A stretch of 35,062 bases of DNA from Archangium sp. (lineage in GTDB: Bacteria > Myxococcota > Myxococcia > Myxococcales > Myxococcaceae). The DNA is taken from positions 1-35,062 of the forward strand of contig JANLPS010000284.1 of the NCBI GenBank assembly GCA_031367385.1, given 5' to 3'. Every line of letters begins with the position of its first letter. Within the stretch, counting starts at the first letter, position 1. The notes under the pieces are model-generated. The model saw only the letters and a list, made by a program, of their open reading frames with translations. It did not search any database and was not told the origin of the DNA. Positions 1-8,877 of the stretch are shown here, piece by piece. A program made the position numbers and the translations under genes.

Positions 1-113
1 TTCGCGGGTCGCTCAGCGTTGCAAACCTTTCAATCAGCGTGGCCGTGACCCGCGCGGGCTTCTTCATTGCCACCGTCGATCACACCGCCCAAGCGATCGC
101 AATCATTCAATGA
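1..113 (+). CDS. 3' end of a CDS entering from the left (partial, unknown product)
   Basis: The frame from position 3 reads RGSLSVANLSISVAVTRAGFFIATVDHTAQAIAIIQ to TGA at 111-113. It looks protein-like and beta-strand-rich, and converges on the ADH gene. Confidence 0.4.
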   Translation, partial: RGSLSVANLSISVAVTRAGFFIATVDHTAQAIAIIQ

Positions 114-196
114 GTCGGTGATTTAGATGCGATCGCCCTGCCGCGCATCGTCGGCAGGCCTCCGTTCATCAGTGATTTCGAAGTTTTGACCCGCGT

Positions 197-1234
197 TCAG
201 ACGTCGATCATCACCTTGAGCGCCCGGGTTTGCGCGGCGCGGGCGAAGGTATCGTACGCGTCGAGCACTCCGGCCAGCTTGAAGCGGTGGGTGATCAGCC
301 GCTTGGGGTCGATGGTGCCCGCCTTGAGCATCTTGAGCAGCACGGGGGTGCTGACGGTGTCGACCAGCCGGGTGGTGATGGTGATGTTTCGGTCCCACAG
401 GCGTTCGAGGTGCAGGTCGACCTTGGTGCCGTGCACGCCGACATTGGCGATTCGGCCGCCCGCGGCGACGATCTCGGCGCACAGCTCGAAAGTCGCGGGC
501 ACGCCGACCGCCTCGATGGCGACGTCGACGCCCCGGCCCGAGGTGAGCGCCATGATTTTTTTGGCCGCGGTGCCATCGCTGCTGTTGATGACCGTGGTGG
601 CGCCGAACTGCTTGGCCATCTCGAGGCGGTTGTCGTCGAGGTCGACCATGATCAGCTCGGCGGGCGAATAGAACTTCGACGAGAAGAGCGCCGAGAGGCC
701 CACCGGCCCCGCGCCGACGATGGCCACGGTCGAGCCCGGAGCGACCTCCCCGTTGAGCACTCCACACTCGTAGCCGGTGGGGAGAATGTCGCTCAGCAGC
801 ACCAGCGCCTCGTCATCGACGCCCGCCGGCATCGCGTACAAGCTCGTGTCGGCGTAGGGGATGCGAACGAACTCGGCCTGGGTCCCGTCGATGGTGTTCC
901 CCAGAATCCACCCTCCGTTTTCGCAGTGCGAATACATGCTCTTGCGGCACGCGGCGCACCGGCCGCACGAGGTGACGCACGAGATGACCACGCGGTCACC
1001 CACCTTGAACGTCGTCACGCCTTCTCCGACGCGGTCGACCACGCCCACCCCCTCGTGCCCGAGAATTCGGCCCGGGGCGCAGCTGGGCAGGTCGCCTTTG
1101 AGAATGTGCAGGTCAGTGCCGCAGATGGTGGTCTTGGTGACTCGCACCACCGCGTCGGTGGGCTGCTTGAGCTCGGGTTTGGGCCGCTCCTCGAGGGCCT
1201 TCTGATTCGGGCCTCGGTAGACGAGCGCTTTCAT
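197..1234 (-). CDS. Zn-dependent medium-chain alcohol dehydrogenase family protein (345 aa)
   Basis: Start re-set to MKALVYRGP (ATG 1234). Motifs: ICGTDLH and GHEGVG catalytic-Zn, CGRCAAC..C structural-Zn, GAGPVG Rossmann. Confidence 0.93.
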   Translation of the reverse strand: MKALVYRGPNQKALEERPKPELKQPTDAVVRVTKTTICGTDLHILKGDLPSCAPGRILGHEGVGVVDRVGEGVTTFKVGDRVVISCVTSCGRCAACRKSMYSHCENGGWILGNTIDGTQAEFVRIPYADTSLYAMPAGVDDEALVLLSDILPTGYECGVLNGEVAPGSTVAIVGAGPVGLSALFSSKFYSPAELIMVDLDDNRLEMAKQFGATTVINSSDGTAAKKIMALTSGRGVDVAIEAVGVPATFELCAEIVAAGGRIANVGVHGTKVDLHLERLWDRNITITTRLVDTVSTPVLLKMLKAGTIDPKRLITHRFKLAGVLDAYDTFARAAQTRALKVMIDV

Positions 1235-1271
1235 TGGCGACACTTCGGGGTTCGCAACATGGTGGGGCCTT

Positions 1272-1434
1272 TCTGGGCTCTTGAACAGCGAGCGCGTGCC
1301 CCCACGGCAACTGCATACCCGTGACCACGACCGGCGCTTCGCGACCTGGGCGCTCCCGTCGCAGCGGCGATGGCCTCGAGCGTGGGGCCGATGCAGACCT
1401 GCGTCTCGCGCCACGCGCTGTTCTCGAGCCCAGA
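1272..1434. repeat. Intergenic inverted repeat, 19-bp arms with a 125-bp spacer
   Basis: TCTGGGCTCTTGAACAGCG (1272-1290) vs CGCTGTTCTCGAGCCCAGA (1416-1434): 17/19 complementary. Confidence 0.75.
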
Positions 1435-1459
1435 GGTCAGCGGGGCGCGCTCAAACGGC

Positions 1460-1474
1460 GCAGAGTTTGCGCCA
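1460..1474 (-). promoter_or_regulatory. Possible sigma54 -24/-12 promoter for the ADH gene
   Basis: Minus strand reads TGGCGC-AAACT-CTGC, with GG-N10-GC spacing. The site is also a short palindrome (GGCGCA/TGCGCC). Confidence 0.3.
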
Positions 1475-1507
1475 GACCGCCAAAAATGCGCGTTCGCCTC
1501 GCCTCGT

Positions 1508-2482
1508 CTAGAAGGTGATGCCGCCACCGCCGGGCGCGCCGTAGAGCGCCGAGCAGGTCGCCAGGTTGATGCACGCGGTCGGGCAGACGCCGTTGGTGCA
1601 GAAGTCTTTGTACGCGAGGGGCCGGGGCTTGGCGCCCGCCTGGTTGACCGCGACGCCGATGCCGACTCCGGCGGCGACCACGGCCACGATGCCCGCCCAG
1701 AAGTACCACCGCTGGTAGATGGGCGTCTCGGTGCTCGCGGGCGCGACCACGGCAATCGGCGCGTCATTGATCGCGCTGGGCGTCAGCGAGGTGTCGACCG
1801 GGCGATCTGGCGTGGGGGTCACCGCGGCGACGGTGGTGACCGGCGGCTTGAACTTCACCGAGATGGGGTAATCGCGGCCGGCCACGAAGGTCACGCTCTG
1901 CTTGTCTTCTTTGAAGCCCTCTTTGCGAATGGTGATTTCGTAGGTGCCAGCGGGCCACTCGCGCTCGGCGATGGGCGTGGTGCCGATGAGCTTGTTGTTG
2001 ATCAACACCTGGGCGTCGGGCACGTCGCTCGAGACGGTCAGCACCGCCTGCACCGCGTTGAGCTTGGCGTCGAGCTCGACGCTCTTGCCGACCGCCACCG
2101 TGACCTTCTTCACGAAGTTCGAATACCCGGGCCGCTTGATGGTGATGGTGTGCTCACCGGGCGTGAGCGACTGGGTCGACGGCGCCGGGCCGAGCTCTTT
2201 GCCATCGACCAGCAGCACCGCGTTGGTGACCGTGGCCGGCAGCACCTTGACCACCAGCTCACCCTTGGCGATCGCCAGCGGTGCCAGGTCGTCATCGGCC
2301 ACCGGGGTGGGCTTGGGCTTGGCGGGGGGCGGCTTGGCGACCACCGGCTTCGGCTTGGGCTTGGCGGCGGGCGGCTTCGCCTTGGGCTTGGCCAAAGGCG
2401 CCAGCGGGGCCAGGTCATCTTCTTGGGCCAGCGCTGGCACGGCCAGGCACACCAAAACGGTGATCAACAAGCGCGTCGACAT
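1508..2482 (-). CDS. PEGA domain-containing exported protein (324 aa)
   Basis: Start MSTRLLITVLVCLAVPALA (signal peptide, ATG 2482), then a Pro/Lys linker and two PEGA-like repeats (LLVDGKELG..LTPGEHTITIKRPGY; VLINNKLIGTTP..AGTYEITIRKEGF). C-terminal PIYQRWYFW plus a hydrophobic helix. Confidence 0.85.
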   Translation of the reverse strand: MSTRLLITVLVCLAVPALAQEDDLAPLAPLAKPKAKPPAAKPKPKPVVAKPPPAKPKPTPVADDDLAPLAIAKGELVVKVLPATVTNAVLLVDGKELGPAPSTQSLTPGEHTITIKRPGYSNFVKKVTVAVGKSVELDAKLNAVQAVLTVSSDVPDAQVLINNKLIGTTPIAEREWPAGTYEITIRKEGFKEDKQSVTFVAGRDYPISVKFKPPVTTVAAVTPTPDRPVDTSLTPSAINDAPIAVVAPASTETPIYQRWYFWAGIVAVVAAGVGIGVAVNQAGAKPRPLAYKDFCTNGVCPTACINLATCSALYGAPGGGGITF

Positions 2483-2545
2483 GGGGCGGCACGCTAGCAC
2501 ACACCTCGAAAGTGCAAGGGTTGGCGACTGGGCTAGGGTCACGCC

Positions 2546-3115
2546 GTGGCTCGCTTGATTGCCGTGGTGCTGTTGGTGCTCTGTGCGTGCCCGCGCGCGC
2601 TTCCTCCACCGCCCCCCGAGCCTCCGCCCCCCGCGCTGCATGTGCCCGAGGGCTGCCTTCAAGACCTGAGCGGCCATTGGGTGCACAGCGATTCGAGCTA
2701 TTACTACGACGCCTTCGACGATGGCGGCACCCTGACCCTGCTCGGCTGGCACCGCTTCACCCCCGACGCCGGGCCCCGGTACCGCCAGTTTGCAAAGCCC
2801 CTTTGGCGCGATGCCGGCGCAGATCAGCCCGACGCCGGCCAGGCGTTCTGGGACGCCGGGTTTCCCCCAAGCCCGGGCTCGGTGGTGACCCTGTTTCGAA
2901 CCCCGGCCGGGTTCGTCGGCGAGGCCGTCGCCCAGGTCGCGCACCCGGTGGGCCGAACCTGCCAAGCCCGCTGGAAAACCGAGGTGTTGAGCTGCTTCGA
3001 CGGGGGCCTGACGCTCCGCAGTGAGGCCGAGGTGGCCTTAAGCGATGTGTGCCAGCCGCCGGTCAACCCGCAACCCACTCATTTTCTCGAACATCGATTG
3101 AGTCGCACTCCCTAG
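2546..3115 (+). CDS. Hypothetical lipoprotein (189 aa)
   Basis: Hydrophobic N-terminus with lipobox-like LCAC, Pro-rich linker and four DAG motifs. Divergent from the PEGA gene. Confidence 0.7.
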   Translation: MARLIAVVLLVLCACPRALPPPPPEPPPPALHVPEGCLQDLSGHWVHSDSSYYYDAFDDGGTLTLLGWHRFTPDAGPRYRQFAKPLWRDAGADQPDAGQAFWDAGFPPSPGSVVTLFRTPAGFVGEAVAQVAHPVGRTCQARWKTEVLSCFDGGLTLRSEAEVALSDVCQPPVNPQPTHFLEHRLSRTP

Positions 3116-3198
3116 TTACAGGCTTGCACACAGGGGCCCGGGAGTGACATGCAGGGCTTTTAGACGCCTCACCCTCGCCCTTCGTAGGAACGCTCACC

Positions 3199-5280
3199 AT
3201 GCTTCAGTCTCGCTTCGGCCTTCACGCCGCTGTCACTCTTTTGATGGTTGTCGGTATGTCGTGCACGTGCGGAAAGCCGCCGCTCAAGGCCAGCGACGCC
3301 TGCTTGGGGGTCGAAGGTGCGCAGGTTGACCACACCGAGGCCTGCGGAGACACCGCCGAGTGCGGCAATCACTTCAGCTGCCGTTCGCCCGACAAGGCGC
3401 GACCGGAGCTCAAGTGCTGCTTGTTCGCCGACCGCGCGTGCACCACCGAGGCCGACTGCTGCCCCGGCCAGACCTGCCCGTCAGATCGCAAGAAGTGCTT
3501 CGACAAGTACGTCTCGTGCGAAAAAGACTCTGACTGCGGCGATCGCGGCGACCGGTTCTGCGAGGTCTACACCGACACGTACGGCGCCTCGTCGCGTTGC
3601 CGCTTCAAGCCTTGCGGCACCGCGGGCAGCTGCGCCGATGGCCTGTCGTGTTTTCAAGGCGAGTGCATCGCCGACCTGCCCTGCAACGGCGTCTGCGCGC
3701 TGGGCAGTGGCTGCGTCGCGACGAACGACCGCTGCCAAGACTACAAGTCACCCGAAGGCCGACGCGAAGCGGCGTGCCCGATGAGCTGCGCGGCGGGCTT
3801 CATCGCCACCTTCAAAGACGGCCGCAACATTTGGGACTCATGCACCATCGCCACCGTCGGCTGCGTCTGCGCCGAGCTGCCCTCGCTGCACAGCAACGAC
3901 TTGGGCCGCTTCTCGGCCGTCGACGCTGACCCGGGCAAGACCATCTACTCGTCGACCTATGACGGCCAGTACGGCGACTTGGTGGTGATGCGCTACGGCC
4001 TCGACGGCGCGAAACAGGGCATCGACTACGTCGACGGCGTGCCGACCGGCAACATCAAGTACGGCCCCTCGGGCGCCCGCGGCGGCATCGCCGAGCCGGG
4101 TGACGACGTCGGCCGCTACACCGACATCGCGGTCAACAATGGCCAGGTGTTCGTGAGCTACTACGACGCGACCAACGCCGACTTGAAGGTCGCCGTGCGC
4201 GGCACCGACGGCGTGTGGACCAAGCACAAGGTCGACGGCATCGGCGACGTGGGCTTGTACAGCAGCATCGCGATCGATTCAGACGGGTTGGCGGGCGTGT
4301 CGTATTTCATGCGTGCCGCCGATGACACCTTCGACGCCACCCAATGCCCTGGTGGGCCTCCGGTGGGTCAAAAGAAGTTTCTGACCGCGCTCAAGTTCGC
4401 GCGCGCCACCTCGGCCTCGCCCCGCAGCCCCGCCGACTGGACGATTCGCACCATCGCCTGCATGACCCGCCCGACGCCCCCCTGTGACACCTGCAACGGC
4501 GGCGTGTGCGCCGACCCCGGCACCGGCCCGGCCTGCCTGCCCCCTGCGACCACCTGCACCAGCTGCGACGCGAACGCCGAAGTGTGCGTGACCGCGGCTG
4601 GCGCGGCCAAGTGCGCCAAGAAGTACAACCCGTCGACGCTGCTCGACGTGCCGATGGGCGTTGGCGTGTTCACCTCGATTGCCTTCACCGGCAAAGAGGC
4701 GGTCATCGCCTACATGAGCCGCACCATTCCCGCTGGGGCCAAGGTGGCCGATGGCGACCTCTACGCGGTACGCATCAACGCGCAGAACGTGCCCGGCGCG
4801 CCGGTGGTGATCGAGTCGGCCGGAGACACCGGGTACTTCCCCAGCGTGAAGTTCGAGCCCACCTCGAAGAGCGTGGCGATCGCCTTTCACAACTTCACCA
4901 GCAAGACCTTCAAGTTCTATTACAGCCAGAACCTGCAGCCGGGCGTGACGCTCGAGACCATCGACACCGGCGTCGACGTGACGCACCCCGGTGAGCAGAG
5001 CCTGGTCGGCACCGACAGCTCGCTCATCTTCGGGCCGACGCTGGGCCAGGTGTGGGCCGTCTACCAAGACGCGACCCGCGGAGACCTGAAGATCGCCAAG
5101 CGCGCCGTCACCTGGGTGCCGCAGACCGTGGTCACCGATGGGGCGGTCGGCTTCTTCGCCGACGGCGTCTACTCGGGAGGGAAGATCTACACCACGCACG
5201 CGAAGCTTCACGCGCGGGTCGTCGCGGGCGAGCCCCGGGTCGACAACTCCCTGCGCCTCGAGACGTTGCCCGCGAATTAA
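3199..5280 (+). CDS. Cys-rich exported protein/lipoprotein with probable beta-propeller (693 aa)
   Basis: Signal/lipobox (VVGMSC). N-terminal C-x5-C-rich repeats, then repeated blades GRFSAVD / GRYTDIAV / GLYSSIAI / GVFTSIAF / GYFPSV with SYYD..DLK-type motifs. Strong GC3 coding bias. Confidence 0.8.
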   Translation: MLQSRFGLHAAVTLLMVVGMSCTCGKPPLKASDACLGVEGAQVDHTEACGDTAECGNHFSCRSPDKARPELKCCLFADRACTTEADCCPGQTCPSDRKKCFDKYVSCEKDSDCGDRGDRFCEVYTDTYGASSRCRFKPCGTAGSCADGLSCFQGECIADLPCNGVCALGSGCVATNDRCQDYKSPEGRREAACPMSCAAGFIATFKDGRNIWDSCTIATVGCVCAELPSLHSNDLGRFSAVDADPGKTIYSSTYDGQYGDLVVMRYGLDGAKQGIDYVDGVPTGNIKYGPSGARGGIAEPGDDVGRYTDIAVNNGQVFVSYYDATNADLKVAVRGTDGVWTKHKVDGIGDVGLYSSIAIDSDGLAGVSYFMRAADDTFDATQCPGGPPVGQKKFLTALKFARATSASPRSPADWTIRTIACMTRPTPPCDTCNGGVCADPGTGPACLPPATTCTSCDANAEVCVTAAGAAKCAKKYNPSTLLDVPMGVGVFTSIAFTGKEAVIAYMSRTIPAGAKVADGDLYAVRINAQNVPGAPVVIESAGDTGYFPSVKFEPTSKSVAIAFHNFTSKTFKFYYSQNLQPGVTLETIDTGVDVTHPGEQSLVGTDSSLIFGPTLGQVWAVYQDATRGDLKIAKRAVTWVPQTVVTDGAVGFFADGVYSGGKIYTTHAKLHARVVAGEPRVDNSLRLETLPAN

Positions 5281-5315
5281 CAAAGAGACCGCCGAAGCCT
5301 CGCCCCCGAGCGCAA

Positions 5316-5951
5316 ATGCAAACGCCTGCCGTCATTGCCGTCACCCTGGAGGTGGCCGAGCCGCGGCAGGTGCTCGAGCGCCATTACCCCAATGGGCGGC
5401 TGGGTGGCCTGACCATCGATGGCCGCCCTCCCGGGGCGCTGGGGCAGCACGTGGTGATGACGGTGCGGGTCAAGAAGCCGGCGCGCGACTTCGCCGTGCA
5501 TGGGCAGCTGGCCTGGGCGCGGCGCAAGGCCAGCAAGCAGCTCGGGGAGTCGTTCGGCGTCGATTTTCTGCCCAGCGATGATGCGGTGCGCCTGCGGCTG
5601 CTCGCCTTCGCGCGAAACGAGCTGACCGACGACGTCACCCGGCTCGAGCCGAGAATCGCGGTCGAGCTGCCAGCGCGGGTCATCTTCGGAGGCCGCTCCC
5701 GCAGTGAGTTTCTCGCCGACCTCTCACCCAGTGGCGCCTTCATTCGCACCTGGGACCCGCTCGAACCGGGCCTGCACATCGAGCTCTTGGTGCGGCCTCC
5801 ACGAACGATTCTCGGGCTGCAGTTGCTTGGGCGGGTGGCCTGGCAGCGCAACGCGGGCACCGACCCGGGCATGGGCATCGAGTTCTTGAACAGCGACCCG
5901 ATCATTCGCGAGCGCATTCGCCGGCTTCTCGAGCGGCTCAGCACGTCGTAA
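5316..5951 (+). CDS. Tandem PilZ-domain protein (myxobacterial type, 211 aa)
   Basis: Start MQTPAV (ATG 5316). The C-terminal PilZ has RLEPR (RxxxR) and DLSPSG (DxSxxG) and ends GMGIEF. The N-terminal copy ends FGVDF. Confidence 0.85.
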   Translation: MQTPAVIAVTLEVAEPRQVLERHYPNGRLGGLTIDGRPPGALGQHVVMTVRVKKPARDFAVHGQLAWARRKASKQLGESFGVDFLPSDDAVRLRLLAFARNELTDDVTRLEPRIAVELPARVIFGGRSRSEFLADLSPSGAFIRTWDPLEPGLHIELLVRPPRTILGLQLLGRVAWQRNAGTDPGMGIEFLNSDPIIRERIRRLLERLSTS

Positions 5952-5956
5952 ACTTT

Positions 5957-6613
5957 TTAGAGGTTCCTCATCGGCCCGGTCGCGCCACGAAAGACCCGGC
6001 CAGCCTGAGTCTGCAGCTCGGCCGCGACCTGCGCATTTGAACCTGTGAATTCAATCACCGTGTCGCCGACCCGCGAGATGCTCGAGCCCTTGACGAACAA
6101 CGGGCACGACGGCCGGTCGAAGCCGGTCTTCTCGGCGTAGGCGAGGTGGCAGGTGAGCATCTGCTTGGTCTTGTCGACGTCGACTCCGGCCTTCATCACC
6201 AGCTGAAACCCCAGCGGTACGTGGCGCACCTGCGCGACCGACGACGCGAGCAACGGGCAGGAGCTGCGCTCGGCGACGCTGAGCCCCTGACAGGCTTGGG
6301 CTTCGAACGACTCGAGCTTCTTCGCGGCGGCGAGGTGCGCAGCGGCGGCGCGCATGTCGGCGTCGGCCTTGGCGAGGTGCGAGTCGCTGGGGTTGTAGGT
6401 CGCGATGCGTTCTTCGGGCACCTGTGCCAGCGGCGACATCGACATCGGCATCAACCGCGTGTCGTCAGGTGAGTACTGGTTCTTTTCGCTCTGCGCTTCG
6501 GCTTTGAGAATCGTCGCCTCGTTGCGGTGCTCGGCGGCGGTCATGTCAGTCGCGTGAACGTGCGTGCAGCTGATCAACGCGACCATCACCACAAGGAGAG
6601 CTCGAGCGTTCAT
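5957..6613 (-). CDS. Hypothetical lipoprotein (218 aa)
   Basis: MNARALLVVMVALISC lipobox (ATG 6613); helical, with paired Cys (two SCPL motifs). Confidence 0.75.
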   Translation of the reverse strand: MNARALLVVMVALISCTHVHATDMTAAEHRNEATILKAEAQSEKNQYSPDDTRLMPMSMSPLAQVPEERIATYNPSDSHLAKADADMRAAAAHLAAAKKLESFEAQACQGLSVAERSSCPLLASSVAQVRHVPLGFQLVMKAGVDVDKTKQMLTCHLAYAEKTGFDRPSCPLFVKGSSISRVGDTVIEFTGSNAQVAAELQTQAGRVFRGATGPMRNL

Positions 6614-6625
6614 GCCCGAAAGGGC

Positions 6626-6641
6626 TGCATTGCAGGTGCCA
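6626..6641 (-). promoter_or_regulatory. Candidate sigma54 promoter
   Basis: Minus strand reads TGGCAC-CTGCA-ATGCA, one mismatch from TGGCAC-N5-TTGCA, directly upstream of ATG 6613. Confidence 0.5.
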
Positions 6642-6711
6642 CAGTGCAACTCGTTGATGGAGTTGTCGCGGGGCGAGGCTTCAGGCGGCTGTGAGGCGAG
6701 CGTGCGTGGCG

Positions 6712-7125
6712 TTACTGCCGGCGGTGGCCCAGAAAGTGAAACTTGAGAAAGGCCTCGGCGGCGTTGAGGGCTGGGTCGCCAGGCGTGGTGGCCCGGGCGG
6801 TGGTGAGAGAGGGCTTCACCGCCGCCGTGAGGGCCTTGGCGCGGGCGACGATGCGCAGGGCTCCCGCGAGGTTCTCTTCTTCAGACTGGAGCGCCTCGTA
6901 CAGCAGGCACTGGTAGCGGCGGCAGGCCAGCGGGCGCTGCCCGTAGACGGTGCAGCAGGTGCCAGCGAGAGCGCTGCACGGTTGTCGCAGGGCGCGCGCT
7001 CCGGTGGGTTTGGTCTCGATGGTCAGGCCTGGAGGAGGAATCTCTTCGGCCGTGAGCGGGACGACCGAGAACAGGGTGCCGTCGCAGCAGAGGCCACAGG
7101 CTTGGCAGAGGGCTCCGAGCGACAT
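6712..7125 (-). CDS. YkgJ-family cysteine-cluster (putative Fe-S/Zn) protein (137 aa)
   Basis: CQACGLCC near the N-terminus and C..CTVYGQRPLACRRYQC. Confidence 0.85.
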   Translation of the reverse strand: MSLGALCQACGLCCDGTLFSVVPLTAEEIPPPGLTIETKPTGARALRQPCSALAGTCCTVYGQRPLACRRYQCLLYEALQSEEENLAGALRIVARAKALTAAVKPSLTTARATTPGDPALNAAEAFLKFHFLGHRRQ

Positions 7126-7231
7126 GGCGGTCGTTTAGTGAGGTGGTGCCAGGAGAGACAAGCAGGTGCCTTCGTTCTGCAGCGAGATCAACGAGTTGTC
7201 GCTGGCGCGGCTCGTGCTTCGGGGGGCGCCC

Positions 7232-7657
7232 ATGAGCGCGGGGGCCTTTCGAGCGGAGGCGGTGAACGCGGTGCTGCGAGCCGCCGCGGCGCGCATCGGT
7301 GAGCCGCGACGGTGGGCGACCGGTCACATGGCCCGGGGGCTTGGCGGGGTGAAGGTGAAGCCCGAGTCGGCCGACGCGGTCGCCTTTTGTGCGTACGGGG
7401 CGCTGCGAGTCGAGGCGCTGCGGTTGGTGCGACCGGGCGGCGATGCCAGGGCCCGTGGCGTGGCGCTGAAGCTCGCCGAGGCTGCCGCGAAGCACCTGGG
7501 CGTGGCGATGCTGCTGCGAGGGTGGCAAGTACATGCGACCGACGCACCCCGCACGGTGATGGAGTGGAATGATCACCCCGGCCGCACCTACGCCGAGGTC
7601 ATCGACGTGTTCGTTCATGCGCTGAAGAGCTCGAGACCCGCACGGCGCGTGGCCTGA
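7232..7657 (+). CDS. Small hypothetical protein, DUF6197-like (141 aa)
   Basis: W.TG..AR..FCAYGAL..WNDHPGRTYAEVIDVF signature. ATG 7232 follows a G-rich SD-like stretch; the alternative start is 7166. Confidence 0.6.
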   Translation: MSAGAFRAEAVNAVLRAAAARIGEPRRWATGHMARGLGGVKVKPESADAVAFCAYGALRVEALRLVRPGGDARARGVALKLAEAAAKHLGVAMLLRGWQVHATDAPRTVMEWNDHPGRTYAEVIDVFVHALKSSRPARRVA

Positions 7658-7702
7658 GCAGCAATTTGAAAGGGCGGCACTTGTGGTTAAAGACGGCGCT
7701 CG

Positions 7703-8224
7703 ATGCTCACCGACCTCGATCTCAGCGGCTTCTGGAGGACCTCGAGTGACGCTGAGAGCTACGTCGACCTGCCCCTCAGCCTGAGCCGCGTCGCGCGAGT
7801 CGAGCAGTTGCTGGGCTTCAGGCTCCCTGCCGGGTACCTGGCGATTGCCCGAGCGCAGAACGGCGGCATTCCCGCGCGACCCAATCACCGCACGGCGGCC
7901 GCTACGTCATGGGCCGGCGACCACGTGGCCCTTCACGGCATCTTCGCCATCGGCACCAACACGCCGTACTCCCTGTGCGGAGAAAACGGGAACCAGTTCT
8001 GGCTCACCGAGTGGGGCTACCCCGCACTCGGCGTGTACTTCGCCGACTGCCCCTCGGCCGGGCATGATCTGCTGTGCCTTGATTACAGGGTGTGCGGCCC
8101 CACCGGCGAACCCTCGGTCGTGCATGTCGACCAGGAGCGCGACTACACCATCACCCTGGTCGCGCCCGACTTCGAATCATTCGTGCGCGGGCTCAAGAGC
8201 GATCGCGACATCGGCACACCGTAA
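7703..8224 (+). CDS. SMI1/KNR4 (SUKH) family protein (173 aa)
   Basis: VEQLLGFRLPAGY..QNGG and HDLLCLDYRVCGPTGEPSVVHVDQE..APDFESFVRGL. Confidence 0.88.
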   Translation: MLTDLDLSGFWRTSSDAESYVDLPLSLSRVARVEQLLGFRLPAGYLAIARAQNGGIPARPNHRTAAATSWAGDHVALHGIFAIGTNTPYSLCGENGNQFWLTEWGYPALGVYFADCPSAGHDLLCLDYRVCGPTGEPSVVHVDQERDYTITLVAPDFESFVRGLKSDRDIGTP

Positions 8225-8230
8225 CGCTCG

Positions 8231-8806
8231 TTACTGCGCGCTGCAGGTGGAGGTGCTGCAGGTTTGGCCACCACAGAGGCGAAAATTCGCCGCGGCACAG
8301 TCACCGGTAATCGGGCACAGACAGGTGGTGATGAGGCCGCCGACACAGCAGGCAGTCCAGTCGGTCGGCACTCCTGCATCGAAGCCCGCCATGCCGGCAT
8401 CGTATGTCGACGTGCCAGCATCGAAGGCGCTTCCGGCGTCGAACGAGGTCGAGCCGCCATCGCTTGCCCCACTGCCGGCGTCAGAGGCGCCGATGCCCGC
8501 GTCAGGGTACGACATACCGGCGTCTTGGCTGCCTGGCTGGAGCGGGTAGCACGCGCCACCCGCAGCGGCCTTGTAGAACGGGCTGCACCGGCTGCCCGCG
8601 TAGCACTTGCACCCGGGGAAGATGCGGCTGCTGGCCAGCTCACCGGGCGCGGCGGTGTGGGTGTCGAGGGTGTAGGTCGCCTCGGCGCAGCAGAGCGACT
8701 TCTCACCCGCCGAGGGCTGGGTCTCGTCGAACAACGGGTCGAAGCAAGCCGCCGCGAGCACCGCGGTCAGCACTGCCAACAGCCCTGTGAGCGAGCGCCC
8801 GCGCAT
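8231..8806 (-). CDS. Cys-rich lipoprotein with DAG low-complexity repeats (191 aa)
   Basis: MRGRSLTGLLAVLTAVLAAAC lipobox (ATG 8806). Two CC-containing Cys modules flank seven DAG and one DGG motifs. Confidence 0.72.
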   Translation of the reverse strand: MRGRSLTGLLAVLTAVLAAACFDPLFDETQPSAGEKSLCCAEATYTLDTHTAAPGELASSRIFPGCKCYAGSRCSPFYKAAAGGACYPLQPGSQDAGMSYPDAGIGASDAGSGASDGGSTSFDAGSAFDAGTSTYDAGMAGFDAGVPTDWTACCVGGLITTCLCPITGDCAAANFRLCGGQTCSTSTCSAQ

Positions 8807-8877
8807 CGAGCGCACCCTACACGACCCAAAGGCTTCGCGCGCACCCGAGGCTCGGGTGTGGCTGCAGTGAGGGTCGA

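Noticed and set aside
137..158. Intrinsic terminator (CCTGCCG/CGGCAGG stem)
   Set aside because: 7-bp stem without a U-tract on either strand; too weak to call.
230..1324. 364-aa plus-strand ORF and similar long antisense ORFs (1370-2497, 12351-13493, 14500-15600, 16522-17712, 26355-27554, 28737-30014, 31415-32821)
   Set aside because: Shadow frames opposite well-supported genes, expected in high-GC DNA, with no motifs.
7166..8224. Prophage or integrative element
   Set aside because: No integrase, structural genes or att-like direct repeats seen.
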